Part shown: positions 40,115 through 64,000 of the stretch, in pieces
Layout of the letters: each line of letters opens with the position of its first letter
How positions within the stretch are numbered: the stretch's first letter is position 1
DNA from: Salpingoeca rosetta
Lineage: Eukaryota; Protista; Choanoflagellata
Length of the DNA stretch: 64,000 nt
Reading direction: 5' to 3'
Assembly: GCA_033442325.1 (NCBI GenBank)
Contig: JAWQFM010000029.1
Location: forward strand, 338,966 to 402,965
Notes under the pieces: model-generated
What the model was told of the DNA's origin: nothing
The model's database searches: none
Seen by the model: only the letters and a program-made list of their open reading frames with translations
Translations under genes and position numbers: made by a program

Positions 40115-41993
40115 CTACAACGACAACGACAACGACCACAACAACAACAACAACTGCACCGCCTTGTGACTATGACTGCGAAGACAGTGTGCAGTTGTGC
40201 ATCGGCAAGGTGCGTCGGACAGAACGTTGTTTGGCAGCTGGCACACAGTTTACATGCCTTTTGTCCTTTCGTCCTTCGTCTGCAGTCCTGCAGCATTGTT
40301 GTGTCTTGGCATCACGCGATCACTGCTGCCGGTCCTTGTGCAAGCTATTCACGCACACACATACACACACATACACACACACGCACACACACGCACACAT
40401 ACACACACATACACACACATATACACACATATACACATACACATACAGGCGTCGCTGGACACGGGAAACGGGCGGGACGTCTTTGCAGAGTGCATGACAG
40501 CCAGATCACACCACAGCAGCGGCGCGTTTGTGGCGTTGGGAGTCTGCCTGGCAGACTGCGACGAAGTGACGGGCACCACCACGCGCGATGAAACCCATCC
40601 AATCTACTTCTGCTAGTAAGATCCTGTCATTCAAAGTGTTGGTTCATGCAACGAGCTGTAAAGGGCATGTATGACTTTGTCTGCAATGTTGCCATCTGTT
40701 TCGCTCATGCCACCTGCCTTACTCGAGTACCGCATGCGGACCTACGGACCATGTTCATGCTCTGTGGTTGCGTACGAGTATTCTCACACACGCACGCCTC
40801 CCACACACACGCACGCACACACACATACACGTAGTCAGATGTGCGCGTTCAGCACAGCTGATGTCGACTGCGATGTCGTGTTCACGTCAACTACCACAAC
40901 AACAACGACGACAACAACAACCACAACAACAACGACTACTACGACAACTACGACAACGACCACTACGACGACTACGACCACGACAACTACTACCACTACC
41001 ACGACAACCACGACCACTACCACGACTACGACCACCACCACCTGCGCAACCACTGTCGCAACGGCGGGCACTGCAACGAGTGGACAGTCTGAATCGACAG
41101 ACGTCATGTTCGCTTCCAACGGCATTGGCTATGCGTGCCCTGGGTCAGCGACGTATGTGATGACCATCGATCCCAGCGACGACAGCGTCAACGCAACAGC
41201 CATTGATGTGTCTGCATACGGCACGAACCTGAACTGGTACGGCGGCGCATTCTCCAACGGATACGCCATCTGCGTCCCATATCATTTGAAAAACATCGCG
41301 CTTGTCATCGACACCAGTGACAACAGCATTAGCACCACTACCTTTTCAACGTCTTGCTCCAGCGCTTGCTACCGAGGGGCCACTGCCGTCAACGGCAAGG
41401 TCTACGGCACACCATTCCGTGCATCGGAGCTGCTCATCATCGACGCTGCCACAGGCACCACAGACACCAGCATCGACGTGTCTGCTTACGCACCAGGCGT
41501 CACCTACAAGTGGGCTGGTGCCGAGGTGGCAGCTGATGGTCGCATCTTCATGGCGCCGTGGAGCAGCAACAATATCCTCGTCATCGATCCCGACACGAAC
41601 GCCGTCTCCACCATTGCCATCCCAGCACTCGACAAAGCCTTCGCAGATCTTGTTGCAGCACCAAATGGCCTCCTCTTTGGCGTTCCCTCGGATGCCACCT
41701 ACGTGCTCATTGTGGATCCTAGCGACGACAGCGTCGACACGACGAGCATCACCGACATCAGCTCTGGCACCTTCAAGTGGCTCGGTGGCGCTGCTGCTTC
41801 AGATGGCCTCTTGTACATGGTCCCGTCGAGTGCCTCAACCATCCTCGCTGTGAACCCAACAACCCTGGAAGTCACGGAAGAATCCTCGCCTGTCAAATAC
41901 TGCGGCTTAGCCCGCACCGCTGACAATGGTGCTGTGTATTCGACAACGGGCTATGCTGCCGCCTTCTTGGTGATCGGGCCAACTTGTGCGTGA
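38068..41993 (+). CDS. Secreted mucin-like protein: signal peptide, Cys-rich domains, two poly-Thr stalks, C-terminal 7-repeat beta-propeller
   Basis: Signal peptide MGSPLMLVALALAALTVASLPSATLG. Spliced Cys-rich exons. Thr tracts at about 39958-40154 and 40890-41041 use mixed ACN codons, so they are not pure microsatellite. Seven repeats of xDG-x-x-Y-x-x-P-x-x-A-x-x-L-x-I-D-P from about 41110 to 41985. No TM segment at the C-terminus. Confidence 0.8.
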
Positions 41994-42862
41994 GCTGACT
42001 TGGGTGGGTGTGTTCTGTTCGCACAATCGTGGCACTGTATGGACCACGTGCGCCTCTGTGCTTTCGGTCTCTATGATGGCGCTTGTCCTCGTTGCTGCTG
42101 CTCGCTTGTTTTGTTTATGTGTGCATGTGTGCATGTGTGAAGGTGTGTGTGTGTGTCTACCACGTGGGCTTGTGTGTTGTGTGTGCCCGACCGGGTGTGG
42201 TTGCTTGCCGTGTGACTGCGTGGTATGATCGATCACACCGCGTGCTTGTTCTGAGGTGCTTTGCCCGTCATCCTCATCAAACCCGAGCTTGCAAGTGGGG
42301 TCCTGGTGCTCGTGTTTGACTGTGCATTGTGCCTTCGTTTAACACCATCTTCAGTGCTTCGTTTCGTGTCAGTTCGCCTGACGTTCTTTGCTTGAGGCTT
42401 TGATGGTGTTGGCGCTCTTCTAGTCTTCTGTCCGTCCAGGCCTGATCAATTCAGACAGTATGAGCAATGACTCGAGCGTGTGTGTGCCTGTATGCGTGTG
42501 CGTCTGTGCGTGGAAGCCATTGAAGCATTGAATCAAAAGAACAAGCAAGATTGCTGTCACGTGAGAGCAATATCAAATCATGGAGCTGAGAGAAGTTGTC
42601 TAATTGAGAAAAGCAGTGCTCCAGTGTTAGACCGCTAGAGAGCAAGAACGCAAGAGTGTCGCTCGGCTGAGTGTTGGTGGTGTGTTGGTGTGTTGTTGTG
42701 TTGAGGGTGGTGAAAAGCAGGGAACAACACATGGGGCATTGTTGGCGATCTGTCGGCAGTGTTCATAATTTTCGAGCGTCAATGACGCTGGGAAGGAAGG
42801 CAAAGGAAGGACAAGACAAGCAAGAAGCAAGCGTGTCTGTGTTGTGCTTGCTCTGTGCGGCA

Positions 42863-48542
<5,680 letters not shown>

Positions 48543-49132
48543 AGTCGGAAGTGCTTGTGTGTGTGTGTGTGTGCGTGTGTGTGCTTGTGTGTGCTTGTGC
48601 TTGTGTTTGTGCGTGCTTGTGTGTGTGTGTGTGCAACGCGTGGGCACGTGGCGTTTGTGCAACACGTGGCGTTTTAGCGTATTAGTGTTTTGAGCTGCTG
48701 AAGTGTGGCCTCGTCATCATCGTCAGCACGGTGATGCTGTGCGGTGTTATTGTTATTTGATATTTGCTGTCCATAGGCCAGCATGTTTGCACGTGATAGC
48801 CGCTAATTTTCCCTCCTGTCATTCCACTCTCTCCTCTTTTGCTCAATTCTTCCGAGCACTGCGCCCACCTCTGTAAGCTATTTCACATCACAGCGCTTCG
48901 CGTCACGTGGCGCATGCATTTACGTTTCGTCATGCAAACACTTTTCGCAAAGCAAACGGGGGAGAGAGGAAGGAAAGATGGGGAAGTGATAACACGGCAG
49001 TTGTAAAGCAGTTTGGGGGAGAGACAAGCAGAGGGGGAAATGGGAGGAAGCTAAGGAGATGTGGCGTGTAATATGTGAATGCATGGCGTGCCGCCACACA
49101 CGTTCATGCACCACACAACAAAACACAAAAGC

Positions 49133-49208
49133 AAGCAAACTGACAAGCAAACTGACAAGCAACTGACAAGCAAACTGACAAGCAAACTGACAAGCAAACT
49201 GACAAGCA
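49133..49208. repeat. 12-bp minisatellite (CAAACTGACAAG) about 6 copies
   Basis: Direct tandem repeat with no spacers, downstream of the stop codon of the minus-strand orphan gene. Confidence 0.85.
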
Positions 49209-49300
49209 CACACACACACACACATACACACACGCACACACACACACACACACACACGAATAGACAAAGCAAACGAATCCCACACATCATCGTGTCCCTG

Positions 49301-51737
<2,437 letters not shown>

Positions 51738-52945
51738 TAAGTCCACAACTGTGGAGTGACCACCAGAGCGGTGGTGCGGGTGGGAGTCTTGTGCTTCTTC
51801 TTGTCTGCTTGTTGTGTTTGTTGTCAAAGGGAAAATGCTTCGGCAAGCGCAAGGCGGTGCACAAAACAACAATCAGCCAAGAAGAAGCAAGGCAATCGCA
51901 CACCTTGTTGCCGTGCGTGCTTGCGTGGCAGACGCACACGATGTAGAAAAGGTGTCTGAGTTGTTACATTACGCGCGCTTGCACCACATTGCCGGATGCT
52001 TCTCACTTGATTGCGTCGGTGGTCAGGTCACGCACTTTCAGAGCAATTTGCGCCTTCCTGAAGTCCTGAAGTCAGAGTACGCACCACACAAGAATCGCGA
52101 ATCCCACAACAATTGCATGGTGACATGGGAAGACACTTGCGGGACGCGTGTGTGACATGCGCCCGATGCAAGGCAAGCCACTCTTCTATTTTTATCTAGA
52201 GGCAGCTGAATAGCAGAAGTTGCTCTCGTGCAAAGGAATCGTCTGGCAAGTGGACTGCTGGACGTGTGCGTGTCACGATCCTTCGCACACATCGCACGCT
52301 CCATCTCACATCACACACCACCGACTTGCTCGTTTGTGGGCCACTTCAATAGGGACGGTGTTTGCCAGCAAGACAGGGGCTTGAGGAATTGAGGACGCTT
52401 CTTGTGTTGTCTTGTTGTATCCGTTGTGGTTGTGGTTGCGTTCCTTCATCGCCGTTAGCCTCGGCGTTAGCCTCGCGGTGCTCACGCAAGGTGCGCTGTG
52501 AGGAAGAGCATCACACACCAACGCGCACTTCAGAGTGGAAGTGCAGCCTTGGTTGACGACTGATTTCAGTCTAACCAGAAATCCAAACAGCCACTAAAAC
52601 CGCATCAAATCACATTGCAGAATAACATGGCTGTTTATTTTTTGGCTGGTTCGTTTTTTTGGATCGCCTGTGTGTCTTGGTCGGCGAACAACAAACAACG
52701 ACCAAACAACAACAACAACCGCACACCACCTGCAGGCTCACACCTCATTGTGCTGCCTGCCTCACCACCACCACCACCACCGCTCCGTCTCCGCATTTCT
52801 CTTCCTCCTCCTCCTCGTTTCGTTGCAGATGCACGGTGCTGCAACGGTGTTGGAACGAGAATAGCAGCACCGCAGCAGGAACTGCAGGGACACAAGCAGG
52901 AGCTTTTTGTGGCAGCTCGGCACTTGACACAACACAAGCTCCACG

Positions 52946-63366
<10,421 letters not shown>

Positions 63367-64000
63367 AGAGACACGTGCGTGCGCGAGCGTGTGCATGTGT
63401 GGAAGTGGGGAAGGGGGCCGGGAGAGGGATGGTGGTGAGGTGTATTTGTTTCCTTCTTGCTTTTGTTTGCTTGATGTGACATGACATGAGTGTGTTTTGT
63501 ACTGGTGCTTGTGCTTCAGCGTGTACTTAAAGGCGTGATTCTGCATCTTGTACATGAGACAGTTCACCCAGGCCTGTGCCTGTTCACAAATCCACTCGTA
63601 GGTCAACAATTGAAGCGCAGAACTGCATGTGATGCGACGCGACATGGCACACGACCGACGAGTGCTCGACATTGTGTTACTCAAGTGCTTAAGGAAGCAC
63701 GAAGATGGAGCGATGTGTCGTAGCAAGCTTCGCGTGTCATCAAACCATGTCACTGTCACAACCACACACGCTCAACCTGAATTGAGGATTGGCAACGTGC
63801 GTGGAGAATTGGGAATGATTTACGTGTGGAGGGGAACTGTAACTTGGTGCAATTGCGATGGAAACAGATGTGTCACGGGCAAAACCTTTCAGGAAGGAAG
63901 CCTGCATGTCTTCCTCTTGTTTGGCATTTCGCATGAGGTGACATTCAGGCGTCGACTGGTGTTTGGATTGTGGAGACGAACAATCAAGCGGCAACCACGT

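Noticed and set aside
49133-49208. Repeat array as a possible CRISPR or telomeric array
   Set aside because: 12-bp head-to-tail units without spacers, eukaryotic context, no cas genes; it is a simple minisatellite.

Overview
Intron-dense eukaryotic genomic DNA saturated with (GT)n/(CA)n microsatellites. The style and gene content (SANS-like, ARHGAP29/45-like, animal-type OGT) suggest a choanoflagellate such as Salpingoeca rosetta; this is inferred, not database-checked. Most ORF-track entries are microsatellite artefacts. By manual splicing I find about 13 protein genes: phospholipase B-like (-, runs off the left end), Gal-3-O-type sulfotransferase (-), GT43 glycosyltransferase (-), PhyH-type 2OG/Fe dioxygenase (+), SWT1/SMG6-type PIN nuclease (-), ankyrin-SAM SANS/ANKS4B-like protein (-), O-GlcNAc transferase (+), an RG/H/Q-rich orphan (-), a large Roco protein (+), a secreted poly-Thr mucin with a 7-blade beta-propeller (+), a GT61 glycosyltransferase (+), an orphan membrane protein (-) and an F-BAR/C1/RhoGAP (+). 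The most striking feature is the Roco gene (29558-37070): modular, recently duplicated 84-nt LRR exons, a Roc GTPase with an apparent SAM domain inserted in it, COR, and a degenerate Ire1/RNase L-like pseudokinase plus KEN(RNase)-like module. It resembles a candidate innate-immune receptor or decoy. There are two assembly gaps. I recognised no tRNA, rRNA, CRISPR array or transposon.
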